Assembly (NCBI GenBank): GCA_026388545.1
Contig: JAPLJS010000046.1
Coordinates: forward strand, 23,396-87,395
Direction: 5' to 3'
Length of the DNA: 64,000 bases
Source of the DNA: Deltaproteobacteria bacterium
Lineage (GTDB): Bacteria > Desulfobacterota > Syntrophia > Syntrophales > UBA2185
Both the position numbers and the translations under genes were made by a program. Of this stretch, positions 32,637 through 42,891 are shown piece after piece. Positions within the stretch are counted from its first letter, which is position 1; every line of letters begins with the position of its first letter. The notes under the pieces were generated by a model. The model ran no database searches. It was not told where the DNA came from and worked only from the letters and a program-made list of their open reading frames with translations.

Positions 32637-33802
32637 AGAATATATCCATACTCGGGTCAACAGGTTCCATTGGGGTCAATGCATTAGATGTAATAGGGAA
32701 TAACCCTGACCGATTTAAAATTGTTGCACTTTCGGCAGGTACGAATGTTAAACTGTTAGGACGTCAAATTGATCAATTCAGGCCGGAGGTTGTTTCGGTT
32801 ATTGACGAGGAACATGCCCGTGAATTGAAGAAAATAGTAAATCCTTCCCTGAGAACCGACATTCTTTTCGGACCAGAGGGTTATCGTGAAGTAGCATCCG
32901 TAAAGAAAGCGGATATGGTGATTTCAGCTATGGTGGGTTCGGCAGGTCTCCTTCCCACAATAGAGGCTATTGAAGCCGGCAAAGATATTGCCCTTGCCAA
33001 CAAGGAAGTAATGGTCATGGCGGGAGCGCTTGTTGTTGAGAAGGCACGTAATAAGGATGTAAAGATATTGCCCGTAGACAGCGAGCACAGTGCTATATTT
33101 CAATGTATGGCAGGCCACAGGGGGCAGGATATAAAGCGAATAATTCTCACTGCTTCAGGCGGCCCCTTTCTCCACTTATCAAAGGAAGAGCTTAAAGAGG
33201 TAAAACCTGTTCAGGCATTAAAACATCCCAGCTGGCAGATGGGACAAAAAATTACCATCGATTCTGCTTCCATGATGAATAAGGGTCTTGAGGTTATTGA
33301 AGCAAGGTGGTTTTTTTCTGTTGATATTAATAACATCGAGATACACATTCATCCACAAAGTATTGTCCATTCTATGGTGGAATATGTCGATGGATCGGTA
33401 ATAGCGCAGCTCAGTGTGCCGGATATGAGGATACCCATAGCATATGCCCTTTCTTTTCCCGAAAGATTCCCCCATGGAGGTCATCGCCTTGATTTGTTGA
33501 AAATCGGTATCCTTGAATTTTTCAGCCCCGATGTTGATAAGTTTCCAAGCTTGAGGCTTGCCTATGAAGCTGGAAAAGCAGGGGGAACTATGCCGGCAGT
33601 TCTCAATGCGGCCAATGAGGTAGCGGTGGAGGCATTCTTAAACGAAACTATTCAGTTTACAAATATATCAAAAGTAATAGAAGAAGTACTTTCCTGTCAT
33701 CAAATAAAGGAATTTCCTACCCTCGGAGAAATTCTTGAAGCAGACCTATGGGCCAGGGACAGTGCGAAAATAACTGTTGAAAGGATGAAGGTTTTATCGT
33801 GA
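32633..33802 (+). CDS. dxr: 1-deoxy-D-xylulose 5-phosphate reductoisomerase
   Basis: LGSTGSIG, LANKE, PVDSEHSA, NKGLEVIEA. Confidence 0.97.
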   Translation: MKNISILGSTGSIGVNALDVIGNNPDRFKIVALSAGTNVKLLGRQIDQFRPEVVSVIDEEHARELKKIVNPSLRTDILFGPEGYREVASVKKADMVISAMVGSAGLLPTIEAIEAGKDIALANKEVMVMAGALVVEKARNKDVKILPVDSEHSAIFQCMAGHRGQDIKRIILTASGGPFLHLSKEELKEVKPVQALKHPSWQMGQKITIDSASMMNKGLEVIEARWFFSVDINNIEIHIHPQSIVHSMVEYVDGSVIAQLSVPDMRIPIAYALSFPERFPHGGHRLDLLKIGILEFFSPDVDKFPSLRLAYEAGKAGGTMPAVLNAANEVAVEAFLNETIQFTNISKVIEEVLSCHQIKEFPTLGEILEADLWARDSAKITVERMKVLS

Positions 33803-34902
33803 TAGGTATAAGCATTGTATCTGTAATAATATTGCTTGGTGTTCTCATTTTCGCCCATGAGGTCGGCCATTTCCTGGTGGCCAAATATTCGGGTGTTGGC
33901 GTACTGAAATTTTCCCTTGGATTTGGGCCAAGATTAATAGGGAAAAAGGTGGGGGAGACGGAATATCTTATTTCACTGATACCCCTTGGCGGTTATGTTA
34001 AACTCCTTGGTGAATCTGAAGGTGAGGAACTCTCGGAGGCGGATGCGAAAAGGTCTTTCCTGAAACAACCGGTCTCAAAAAGAATAGCCATTGTGGCCGC
34101 TGGTCCAATCTTCAATTTTTTGCTGGCCATTGTGATTTTTACCATTGTTTATATAGTCGGTGTTCCGACCCTGACCAACCAGATTGGTGGGGTTCAGGAG
34201 GGGTCTGCGGCAATTGAAGCGGGTATCGTGGAAGGAGATATCATTGCAGCAATCGACGGAAAAGAGATAACACGATGGGAGACACTTGCAGAAATCATTA
34301 GTAAAAGTGACGGCAGGGAATTGACGATCACAATAAGAAGGGATGATCAAATACGTGAAGTCGTATTAAAGCCAAGATTGACAAAAACAAAAAACATTTT
34401 TGGCGAAGAAATCGAGTCTTATAAGATGGGTATCAGTCCCTCATCACAACATACTGTAATTGAGAGAATGAATCCATTTACAGCCTTTTGGACAAGCCTG
34501 AAGCAAACGTGGTTCATAAGTAAGTTGACGGTAGTAAGCATTATTAAGATTTTTGAAGGTGTCGTTTCTCCGAAAACACTGGGTGGTCCCATTCTCATTG
34601 CCCAGATTGCCGGGGCTCAGGTAAAGGAAGGCATTATACCATTTGTGCTATTCATGGCTTTATTAAGTATCAATCTCGCTATTCTCAATCTATTTCCTAT
34701 CCCCATCCTCGATGGGGGACACCTTTTATTCTATCTTGTAGAAATTGTAACCGGCAGGGAAGTCAATATTAAATGGAGAGAAATGGCTCAGCAAATCGGC
34801 TTCGTCATGCTGATAATTCTCATGATATTTGTTTTTATCATGGATATAGAGAGACTCAATATTAATTTATTTGACGATATAAATAAAGTATTTAGCCGAT
34901 AA
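33799..34902 (+). CDS. rseP: RIP metalloprotease RseP
   Basis: HEVGH, PDZ domain, NLFPIPILDGG. Confidence 0.95.
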   Translation: MIGISIVSVIILLGVLIFAHEVGHFLVAKYSGVGVLKFSLGFGPRLIGKKVGETEYLISLIPLGGYVKLLGESEGEELSEADAKRSFLKQPVSKRIAIVAAGPIFNFLLAIVIFTIVYIVGVPTLTNQIGGVQEGSAAIEAGIVEGDIIAAIDGKEITRWETLAEIISKSDGRELTITIRRDDQIREVVLKPRLTKTKNIFGEEIESYKMGISPSSQHTVIERMNPFTAFWTSLKQTWFISKLTVVSIIKIFEGVVSPKTLGGPILIAQIAGAQVKEGIIPFVLFMALLSINLAILNLFPIPILDGGHLLFYLVEIVTGREVNIKWREMAQQIGFVMLIILMIFVFIMDIERLNINLFDDINKVFSR

Positions 34903-34904
34903 TT

Positions 34905-35594
34905 ATGTTGATTTTAGCAGTTGATACTTCTACAAAAACGGCTGGCATTGCGCTGCTCAATGATGATGATATACTGTTTGATATTTTCGTAAATCTGGGT
35001 GTAAATCATTCCATTGTGTTGTTGCCCGCCTTACATGATTTATGCGTACTGTCATGTGTAGACATTGGCAGTATTGATCTTTTCGTGTGCACAATAGGGC
35101 CTGGGTCATTTACAGGGCTTCGAGTTGGTGCAAGTACCGTAAAGGGACTTGCCATGGCAACAGATAAACCGGTTGTCGGTGTATCAACTCTGGACGCCTT
35201 GGCGTTTAATATCGTCGGCTCGGAGAAATTAGTGTGCCCTATGTTGGATGCAAAGAAAAACCAGGTCTATACGACACTCTTCAGGATTGGGCAAGATAGC
35301 ATACTTGAAAAAATTGAAAGTGAAAAGGTGATTGATGTCGAGGAATTTTTACAGCGCATGTACGAAGATGTCATATTCGTGGGTGATGGAGCTATAAAAT
35401 ACGCCGGACTCATTAATGACATATTGCCAGGCAAATCTTTTTTCGCATCTTGTTGGCATCAATATGTGAGAGCATCAGCAGTAGGTCTTTTAGGGAGAAG
35501 AAAATATTCTGAAGGAGATGTTTTGGATTCTCTTACCTTTACACCGAGGTATCTCCGTCCTTCTGAGGCGGAGGTGAAACACACCTTACGGTAA
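34905..35594 (+). CDS. tsaB: tRNA t6A biosynthesis protein TsaB
   Basis: ILAVDTS, GPGSFTGLRVG, PRYLRPSEAE. Confidence 0.95.
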   Translation: MLILAVDTSTKTAGIALLNDDDILFDIFVNLGVNHSIVLLPALHDLCVLSCVDIGSIDLFVCTIGPGSFTGLRVGASTVKGLAMATDKPVVGVSTLDALAFNIVGSEKLVCPMLDAKKNQVYTTLFRIGQDSILEKIESEKVIDVEEFLQRMYEDVIFVGDGAIKYAGLINDILPGKSFFASCWHQYVRASAVGLLGRRKYSEGDVLDSLTFTPRYLRPSEAEVKHTLR

Positions 35595-35704
35595 TTATTT
35601 ACTTATCGGTGGGAAGATGCTCAGCGACCGAGGGAATATAAGGAATATGAAGTGTTGACAAGCGTTTTCGTTTAATATAAAAATAATAGCAGGAGGATGT
35701 ATAT

Positions 35705-35926
35705 ATGGAAGAGGCTGATGAGCTCTTGATCAAAAAATATATTCATCAGGATGAGGAGTTAAGGAATTACATTGAAAATCACGAAAAACTTGAAGCGGAT
35801 ATTGAGAATTATAACAAGCGTATCTATCTGACGGCTGAGGAAGAAATTGAAAAGAAGAATTTACAAAAAAGGAAACTCCGGGGAAAAGAGCAGATATACA
35901 GAATCCTCCATAAGTACCGTGACTAG
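35705..35926 (+). CDS. DUF465/YdcH-like small coiled-coil protein
   Basis: 73 aa, H..LE....LTAEEEIEKKNLQKRKL; strong AGGAGG RBS. Confidence 0.75.
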   Translation: MEEADELLIKKYIHQDEELRNYIENHEKLEADIENYNKRIYLTAEEEIEKKNLQKRKLRGKEQIYRILHKYRD

Positions 35927-35986
35927 CCATTAGAGAGATCAAGGTAAACGCCATGAAGAGATTTTAAAGAGTGTATAATATAAAAA

Positions 35987-36628
35987 ATGGATCATGACAG
36001 CATCATAGCCCGTGAGGGTCTTCCATTCATCGTACCGCTCGTTATTTTTACTATCGGGTTCGCTTTTTTCAATATCTTTTGGCTTGCATCTCTCTTTTTT
36101 ATTGCTACTGCTTTTGTGACCTGGTTTTTCAGGAATCCTCAGCGAAAAGTACCCGATGATGCAAATGCCATTATATCTCCTGCAGATGGGGAAATTATTA
36201 AGATAGAAGGTGTTCTTGAAGGAGATTATCTCAAAGGTCCATCAAAAAAAATAAGTATATTCATGAATGTCTTTAATGTTCATGTCAACCGGATACCGTA
36301 TTCGGGAACGGTGGAAAGCATACACTACAATAAAGGAGATTTTTTTTCTGCAAGTTTGGATAAAGCATCATTACATAATGAAAAAAATTCAATTATTATT
36401 AAAACCGATGACGGCAAAAAAATTTTAACGGTACAGATAGCAGGATTAATAGCAAGAAGGATCGAATGCTGGATAAAAGAAGGGATGTACGTTAACAAAG
36501 GCGAGCGATTTGGTCTTATACGATTCGGTTCGCGTCTTGAAGTCTTTCTTCCTTCCGATTCGATAACATCCGTAAAAGTGGGCGATAAGGTGAAGGCAGG
36601 AGAGACACTGATAGGATGGCTAAAATGA
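35987..36628 (+). CDS. psd: Phosphatidylserine decarboxylase
   Basis: FFRNP, SPADG, NVHVNR, IRFGSR. Confidence 0.94.
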   Translation: MDHDSIIAREGLPFIVPLVIFTIGFAFFNIFWLASLFFIATAFVTWFFRNPQRKVPDDANAIISPADGEIIKIEGVLEGDYLKGPSKKISIFMNVFNVHVNRIPYSGTVESIHYNKGDFFSASLDKASLHNEKNSIIIKTDDGKKILTVQIAGLIARRIECWIKEGMYVNKGERFGLIRFGSRLEVFLPSDSITSVKVGDKVKAGETLIGWLK

Positions 36629-37416
36629 AAAAGAATGCCACATTTAAAAGAGAGCGTGTAAAAAAAGGAATATATTTATTGCCCAACCTCTTAACAACGG
36701 GAAGTATTTTTTGTGGATTTTATTCTATAATCGCCTCCATGAAAGGAGAATATTGGCTAGCGGCGGTAGCTATTTTGATAGCTTTCGTCCTTGATGGTCT
36801 GGACGGCAGAATTGCACGAATGACGAACACGACCAGCAAGTTCGGTTCGGAATACGACTCCCTGTCAGACCTGGTGGCCTTTGGTGTTGCACCGGCCATT
36901 CTCACCTATACGTGGGCTCTTTCAGTATACGGGAAATGGGGGTGGCTTGCAGCATTTCTTTTTGTCGTCTGTGGTGCACTACGTCTGGCAAGATTCAATA
37001 TTCAGATAGGCTTAATTGAAAGCAAGGTTTTTAATGGGCTCCCGATTCCGGGAGCAGCCGCTGTTGTTGCAACCGGGATATTGCTTTTCTTCTACCTTGG
37101 AGGAGAGGGGAAATTTAATAATCTATCGATATTGATAGGTATGGTAATTTTAGCATTACTGATGGTAAGCAATATCAAATTTTACAGTTTTAAAGACCTA
37201 AACTATTTTTCAAGAAAGCCCTTCATGTCTTTTGTTTTGATTGTGCTTATCATGATTATTGTTATTGCAGAACCTCAGATTATGATGTTTACCTTTTCTT
37301 TCGGTTATAGTTTGTCCGGTCCGATATGGCTGATGATGAAGGTAGGCAAAAAGGCATACACAGAATTGAAGTCAAAAGGGTTTAGGGTTTATTCAAAGCG
37401 GATGCTGAAAAAGTAA
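36625..37416 (+). CDS. pssA: CDP-diacylglycerol--serine O-phosphatidyltransferase
   Basis: LPNLLT, DGLDGRIAR...FGSEYDSLSD, LRLARFN; start may instead be 36616. Confidence 0.94.
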   Translation: MKKNATFKRERVKKGIYLLPNLLTTGSIFCGFYSIIASMKGEYWLAAVAILIAFVLDGLDGRIARMTNTTSKFGSEYDSLSDLVAFGVAPAILTYTWALSVYGKWGWLAAFLFVVCGALRLARFNIQIGLIESKVFNGLPIPGAAAVVATGILLFFYLGGEGKFNNLSILIGMVILALLMVSNIKFYSFKDLNYFSRKPFMSFVLIVLIMIIVIAEPQIMMFTFSFGYSLSGPIWLMMKVGKKAYTELKSKGFRVYSKRMLKK

Positions 37417-37529
37417 AAAAGTGGGAATAAACGCAAGAAGACGCGCCTCCTCTCTTCGATGGTGATACATACACGGGGACCTTTTCAGCGGTCTTGAATT
37501 TAAAAATATCTAAGGCGAAGGATAATTTT

Positions 37530-38546
37530 GTGAAGGCATATCATGTTGCGGTAGTTGGCGCCACGGGCGCTGTCGGGAATGAGATGGTTAAGATTCTTGA
37601 AGAAAGAAGATTTCCCGTTGGCCATATAACGCTCCTTGCTTCAGAACGTTCAATCGGAAAGGATCTAAAATTTAATGGTAAGTCGATTCCCGTTCAAGTG
37701 TTGAATGAGAAGTCATTTTCAGGAGTCGAAATAGGGCTTTTTTCGGCTGGAGGAAGCATCAGTCAGCGTTTTGCCCCTATTGCCGTGGCGTCTGGATGTG
37801 TTGTGATTGACAACACAAGCGCATTCAGGATGGAGCCTGATGTCCCTCTCGTGGTACCCGAGGTAAATCCTGAAACAATCGGCATGTACAAGAACAGAGG
37901 GATAATAGCAAATCCGAACTGTTCTACCATTCAAATGGTCGTAGCCCTCAAACCGATTCACGATGCGGTGAAGATCAAGCGAGTTGTTGTATCTACGTAT
38001 CAGGCCGTATCGGGGACGGGGAAGAAAGCCATTGAAGAGCTGATAGAGCAGACGAGGGCTATTTTAAGCAATTGCGTACCGGAGGTTAAGGTATATCCCC
38101 ATAGGATAGCATTTAACTGCTTGCCCCATATTGATGTGTTTTTGGATAATGGCTATACCAAAGAAGAGATGAAGATGGTAAATGAAACCAAGAAGATTTT
38201 CAATGATCAAACGATCGCCGTAACTGCCACTACGGTAAGAGTGCCCGTTTTATATGGACATTCAGAGTCTGTAAATATCGAAACGGAAAGAAAGATTACC
38301 GCAGAAGAACTAAGGAGCATTCTTTCTTGTGCACCCGGAGTAACGGTGATGGACGATGTGAAAGGAAATATATATCCGCTTCCCATTGATGCGGCGGGCA
38401 AAGATGATACGTTTGTCGGAAGGATCAGGGAAGATGAATCCATAGAAAACGGTATCAATATGTGGATTGTTTCGGATAATGTGAGAAAGGGTGCCGCATT
38501 GAATGCTGTGCAGATTGCTGAAATTCTTATCAGAGACTACCTATGA
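37530..38546 (+). CDS. asd: Aspartate-semialdehyde dehydrogenase
   Basis: VVGATGAVG, ANPNCSTIQ, TYQAVSG, DNVRKGAALNAVQ. Confidence 0.96.
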   Translation: MKAYHVAVVGATGAVGNEMVKILEERRFPVGHITLLASERSIGKDLKFNGKSIPVQVLNEKSFSGVEIGLFSAGGSISQRFAPIAVASGCVVIDNTSAFRMEPDVPLVVPEVNPETIGMYKNRGIIANPNCSTIQMVVALKPIHDAVKIKRVVVSTYQAVSGTGKKAIEELIEQTRAILSNCVPEVKVYPHRIAFNCLPHIDVFLDNGYTKEEMKMVNETKKIFNDQTIAVTATTVRVPVLYGHSESVNIETERKITAEELRSILSCAPGVTVMDDVKGNIYPLPIDAAGKDDTFVGRIREDESIENGINMWIVSDNVRKGAALNAVQIAEILIRDYL

Positions 38547-39100
38547 GAATTATTGGAGGTGATGCCAAGGGCAGACACATCCATTTACCAAAAAAAAGTA
38601 AAATAAGGCCTACCTCGGACGGGATCAAGGAATCACTTTTCAATATACTTCAAGAATTTACCGGTAAGTTATTCCTTGATCTTTTTGCAGGGAGCGGGAA
38701 TGTGGGCTTGGAAGCTTTAAGCAGGGGCGCCGCAAAGGTAGTTTTTATTGAAAAAAATGCTGCTATGGTGAATGCCATAAGGAAAAACATTGTGGAATTA
38801 GGCTTCAGCGGCAGGTACGAAATTATAGCAATTGAGGCCGCAAGGGGTATAAGGCAACTGCAAAAAAGAAGCGAAAGATTTGATTTCTTATTTGCTGACC
38901 CACCGTATGAAAAAGGGTTTATCAGTGAGATTTTCCAATGTCTTGGTGAAGGGAATGTGGTTTCCGACGACGGAGTTGTAATAATCCAGCATTCAATAAG
39001 AGAAGATGTGCATGAACAGTATCCGGGTGATTTTATATTGACAGATCAGAGAAGATATGGCGATACGCTTCTTACTTTTTTAAAAATAAGAAGGCTATAA
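38543..39100 (+). CDS. rsmD: 16S rRNA m2G966 methyltransferase
   Basis: MRIIGG..KGR, RPT, DLFAGSG, DPPY. Confidence 0.93.
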   Translation: MRIIGGDAKGRHIHLPKKSKIRPTSDGIKESLFNILQEFTGKLFLDLFAGSGNVGLEALSRGAAKVVFIEKNAAMVNAIRKNIVELGFSGRYEIIAIEAARGIRQLQKRSERFDFLFADPPYEKGFISEIFQCLGEGNVVSDDGVVIIQHSIREDVHEQYPGDFILTDQRRYGDTLLTFLKIRRL

Positions 39101-39113
39101 AAGGAATGTATAT

Positions 39114-39599
39114 ATGAAAAAAATGGCTGTGTATCCTGGTTCATTTGATCCTATTACCAACGGACATGTCGACCTTATAAAAAGGGGATCGAGAATATTT
39201 GATGAGATTGTTGTTCTTATAGCTTATAACCCGAATAAGCCAACGTATCTCTTTTCTGTTGAAGAGCGGATGGAAATGATCAGTGAAGTAATTATGAGTT
39301 ATGAGAGAGTGCGAGTAGATAGTTACGCAGGACTTCTCGTTGATTATGTCAAACAGTCCGGTGCAAATATCATATTAAGAGGTTTGAGAGCAATTTCCGA
39401 TTTTGAATATGAATTTCAGCTGGCCCTTATCAATCGAAGACTTAACAACGATGTGGAAACCGTATTTCTTATGACAAGTTACGAATGGTTTTTTACAAGC
39501 TCTCAAATAATCAAAGAAGCGGCCAGTTTGGGGGGATCTGTACAGGGACTGGTTCCGGATATTGTCTGTAAGAAGTTAAAAGAAAAATACGCAAAGTAA
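39114..39599 (+). CDS. coaD: Phosphopantetheine adenylyltransferase
   Basis: YPGSFDPITNGH, RGLRAISDFEYE. Confidence 0.97.
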   Translation: MKKMAVYPGSFDPITNGHVDLIKRGSRIFDEIVVLIAYNPNKPTYLFSVEERMEMISEVIMSYERVRVDSYAGLLVDYVKQSGANIILRGLRAISDFEYEFQLALINRRLNNDVETVFLMTSYEWFFTSSQIIKEAASLGGSVQGLVPDIVCKKLKEKYAK

Positions 39600-39613
39600 G
39601 AGAACGAATATTT

Positions 39614-40807
39614 ATGAAACTATCATCAAGGATATCTGCGATAAAACCATCAACTACACTGGCAATTACTGCCAAGGCAAATGCATTAAAGGCAGAGGGC
39701 AGGGATATAATCGGTTTTGGTGCCGGAGAACCTGATTTTGATACCCCGATCCATATCAAAATGGCAGCCATAAAGGCAATAGAGGAAGGGTTTACGAAAT
39801 ATACACCCGTTGATGGAATTGTTGAATTGAAAGATGCGATCATCCATAAGTTGCAACGGGATAATCAATTAAGTTACGGCAGATCCCAGGTTGTTGTCTC
39901 CTGCGGAGCAAAGCATACCCTTTATAACCTTATCCAGGTATTGTGTGAGGAGGGCGATGAGGTTATTATCCCATCTCCCTATTGGGTCTCTTATCTGGAC
40001 ATGGTCGTTCTTTCCGGTGCACGACCAGTAATTATTAAAACCAATGAATCACAGGGTTTTAAAATGCATCCACAGCAGCTTGAAGGTACGATCAATGAAA
40101 AAACAAAAGTGATCATCTTAAACAGCCCGTCGAATCCTGCTGGTGTGGTCTATAATGCTTCGGAACTGGATGCCCTGGCTAAAATAATACTCAAAAGAGG
40201 TATTCTTGTCATATCCGACGATATCTACGAAAAAATCATCTACGATGGTTTGCCATTTAGTAACATTACATCCGTCAATGAAGAGATGAAGAATTTAACG
40301 ATCGTTGTCAATGGTGTTTCCAAAGCTTATTCCATGACGGGCTGGAGAATAGGATATGCCGCCGGTCCCGAAGAGATTATTGCTGCCGTGACGAAACTTC
40401 AAAGTCAAAATACATCGAATCCAACATCTATTGCTCAAAAAGCAGCCGTAGAGGCTTTGAACGGAAATCAAGATGGTGTGGCTGAAATGGTAGCAGAGTT
40501 CAGAAAGAGGAGAGATGTCATCGTGGAAAAACTCAATGCCATACCCGGCATTACCTGTATGAATCCACAGGGAGCTTTTTATGTTTTTCCCGATATTTCT
40601 GCGTTATTCGGACGTTCATATCAGGGAAGAACAATATCTAACTCATCTGATCTGACAGAGTATCTCTTGGATGAGGCCGATATCGCCGTCGTTCCAGGGG
40701 ATGATTTTGGTCATGATGATCATATTCGCCTTTCCTACGCCACATCCATGAAGAATATAGAAGAAGGACTGAAGCGGTTAAGAAGTGCCGTCATGAATCT
40801 TTCATGA
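39614..40807 (+). CDS. aspC: Aspartate aminotransferase (class I PLP)
   Basis: GAGEPDF, NSPSNP, SDDIY, SKAYSMTGWRIG. Confidence 0.88.
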   Translation: MKLSSRISAIKPSTTLAITAKANALKAEGRDIIGFGAGEPDFDTPIHIKMAAIKAIEEGFTKYTPVDGIVELKDAIIHKLQRDNQLSYGRSQVVVSCGAKHTLYNLIQVLCEEGDEVIIPSPYWVSYLDMVVLSGARPVIIKTNESQGFKMHPQQLEGTINEKTKVIILNSPSNPAGVVYNASELDALAKIILKRGILVISDDIYEKIIYDGLPFSNITSVNEEMKNLTIVVNGVSKAYSMTGWRIGYAAGPEEIIAAVTKLQSQNTSNPTSIAQKAAVEALNGNQDGVAEMVAEFRKRRDVIVEKLNAIPGITCMNPQGAFYVFPDISALFGRSYQGRTISNSSDLTEYLLDEADIAVVPGDDFGHDDHIRLSYATSMKNIEEGLKRLRSAVMNLS

Positions 40808-40956
40808 AAGTATAAGGAAACCCGCTCAAACTACATGCAACACGGCAGTATCTGGGATGCATTCACGGTAAAAGAGTCGATCAGTCAAACTCTTCCATCC
40901 GCTGAGAGAAATTTCTTTGAATAATACATGTTCATTTTTGCTGAGGAAGGACGAAT

Positions 40957-42354
40957 ATGGGTGGTCTGTTTGGAGTAATTTCAAGTGAAGACTGTTCCAA
41001 AGCACTTTTCTACGGTACCGATTATCACTCTCATTTAGGTACAGAAAATGGAGGGATGGCTGTCCTTGGTCCTAATGGCTTTTATAAAGCCATACATAGG
41101 ATCAGTCAGGCACAGTTTAAATCAAGATTTTATGATGATTATAAGAGGTTGAAGGGTACCATGGGGATTGGTGCCATTGATGACGAATCGCCCCAGCCTC
41201 TTATTGTGCGGTCAAAGTTCGGCACATACGCCATTGCCGCAACGGGCATGATTACAAATAAAGATGTCCTGACAAAAAATCTGCTCGCCGAAGGTATGTC
41301 ATTCAGCGAAATGACGGGTGGTGGTGTGAACACTGTTGAACTCGCGGCAAAGCTTATCAACTCGGGAGATAATCTTGTTGCTGGTATTGAAAAGATGCAG
41401 GATGCGATAGAAGGATCCATATGTGTGCTGATCATTACGTCAGATGGTATTTATGCTGCCAGAGATAAGCATGGAAGATTTCCCTTGGCGATAGGAAAGA
41501 AAGGCTCTGAAGGGGAATTTGCGGTTGCCGTCGAAGCGAGTTCATTCAGAAATCTGGGTTATGAATTGATGAAGTTCCTTGGTCCCGGGGAGATTACGTT
41601 GCTTTCCCCACAAGGATTAAGAACCCTGAAACCGGAAAATAAAAATAAGAAGATATGTGCCTTTCTCTGGATATATACGGGAGATCCCTCATCGATATAT
41701 GAAGGCGTCAGTGTTGAAAATGCCCGGGAAAGATGTGGAATGGCAATTGCGACGAATGATGAAGTCGATGCGGACTTCGTGACAGGTATTCCGGATTCTG
41801 GAATAGGTCATGCCATAGGGTATGCCATGGCTTCCGGTATTCCTTACAGGAGACCTCTTGTAAAATACACTCCGGGTTACGGCAGAAGTTATACGCCGCC
41901 ATCTCAGGATATAAGGGATTTGGTTGCTACGATGAAACTCAATGCCATAAAAGACGTCATAAATGGTAATCGAATGATTGTTTGTGACGATTCGATTGTG
42001 AGGGGAACACAATTGAAAAACTATACTATCAAGAAACTATGGGATAGTGGGGCCAGGGAAATACATATCAGGCCTGCTTGTCCACCGCTTATGTACCCTT
42101 GTAAATATGCGTTTTCAACACGGTCGATTTCGGAACTTGCATCACGCAGGGCAATAAGGGCTATTGAAGGAAAAGATAGTGAGCATATTGAAGATTATCT
42201 TGACCATCGCTCAGAAAAGTACAGAAATATGGTTGAATGGATACAAAAAGACTTAAATGTCACTTCTCTGAGATACTTAAGTATTGAAGATATGGTTAAT
42301 GCAATTGGCTTACCAAAGGAGCAATTGTGTCTGTATTGCTGGCGCGGCCACTAA
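40957..42354 (+). CDS. purF: Amidophosphoribosyltransferase variant lacking the N-terminal Cys
   Basis: MGGLFG start; IPDSG, VCDDSIVRGTQ PRPP loop, RPACPP, CLYCW. Confidence 0.88.
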   Translation: MGGLFGVISSEDCSKALFYGTDYHSHLGTENGGMAVLGPNGFYKAIHRISQAQFKSRFYDDYKRLKGTMGIGAIDDESPQPLIVRSKFGTYAIAATGMITNKDVLTKNLLAEGMSFSEMTGGGVNTVELAAKLINSGDNLVAGIEKMQDAIEGSICVLIITSDGIYAARDKHGRFPLAIGKKGSEGEFAVAVEASSFRNLGYELMKFLGPGEITLLSPQGLRTLKPENKNKKICAFLWIYTGDPSSIYEGVSVENARERCGMAIATNDEVDADFVTGIPDSGIGHAIGYAMASGIPYRRPLVKYTPGYGRSYTPPSQDIRDLVATMKLNAIKDVINGNRMIVCDDSIVRGTQLKNYTIKKLWDSGAREIHIRPACPPLMYPCKYAFSTRSISELASRRAIRAIEGKDSEHIEDYLDHRSEKYRNMVEWIQKDLNVTSLRYLSIEDMVNAIGLPKEQLCLYCWRGH

Positions 42355-42698
42355 ATTTTTTTCATTAAGTGTCATTGTTTAATTAATAATACATTTCAGG
42401 TCTTAAGATTCCCGTTAGATTAATACGCTCTTCATCATTAAAATTAGGAAAAGCTGAGGAGTATTTACCAAGTAAAATCAATCTGTTAATCCCATAATGA
42501 AACTCACCGCCAAAGAGACAGGGTTTCCTGGCAAAGAAGGTATCTTTACCGTGCGCCCCTGTAGGCGTGTTCACGGAAAATGCTCCGGTTCAAGCCTGTA
42601 CGAAGGCAGAAGTCGTTATTAAAACGACGAAAACGTATGGGATTACCCATTGATTGCAGTCACTGCTTCGTGTTATATAAAATCACCTATGTAACGTA

Positions 42699-42869
42699 TG
42701 ACGGCATTGTAAAAAGTCCCCCTGCCTTCACAGGGGAAGGCTCCTGTTGAGTTGCGCTTCATCCTCCCACCGTATCGAGTGCGGGGCAGGCTATGCGACG
42801 TACATCCAAGTACGCCTCATTCTTCAGGGTTCGTGCGCCTTGCCTCTGGCACTTTTTACGGAAGCGTCA
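42699..42869. mobile_element. 171-bp MITE-like element with 19-bp imperfect TIRs
   Basis: TGACGGCATTGTAAAAAGT ... ACTTTTTACGGAAGCGTCA; no transposase. Confidence 0.7.
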
Positions 42870-42891
42870 CTTATGTTTGGGGTGTATTGTA

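Noticed and set aside
40808..40956. Purine/PRPP/ZTP riboswitch upstream of purF
   Set aside because: Only a short AAGAGT/ACTCTT stem; none of the consensus motifs are visible
42383..42650. Short ORFs and a small hairpin between purF and the MITE
   Set aside because: No recognisable motif, RBS or RNA family; cannot be supported as a gene
42793..42891. N-terminal extension of IspG in the ORF track
   Set aside because: Encoded by the MITE; TTG 42892 has an RBS and gives a normal-length IspG
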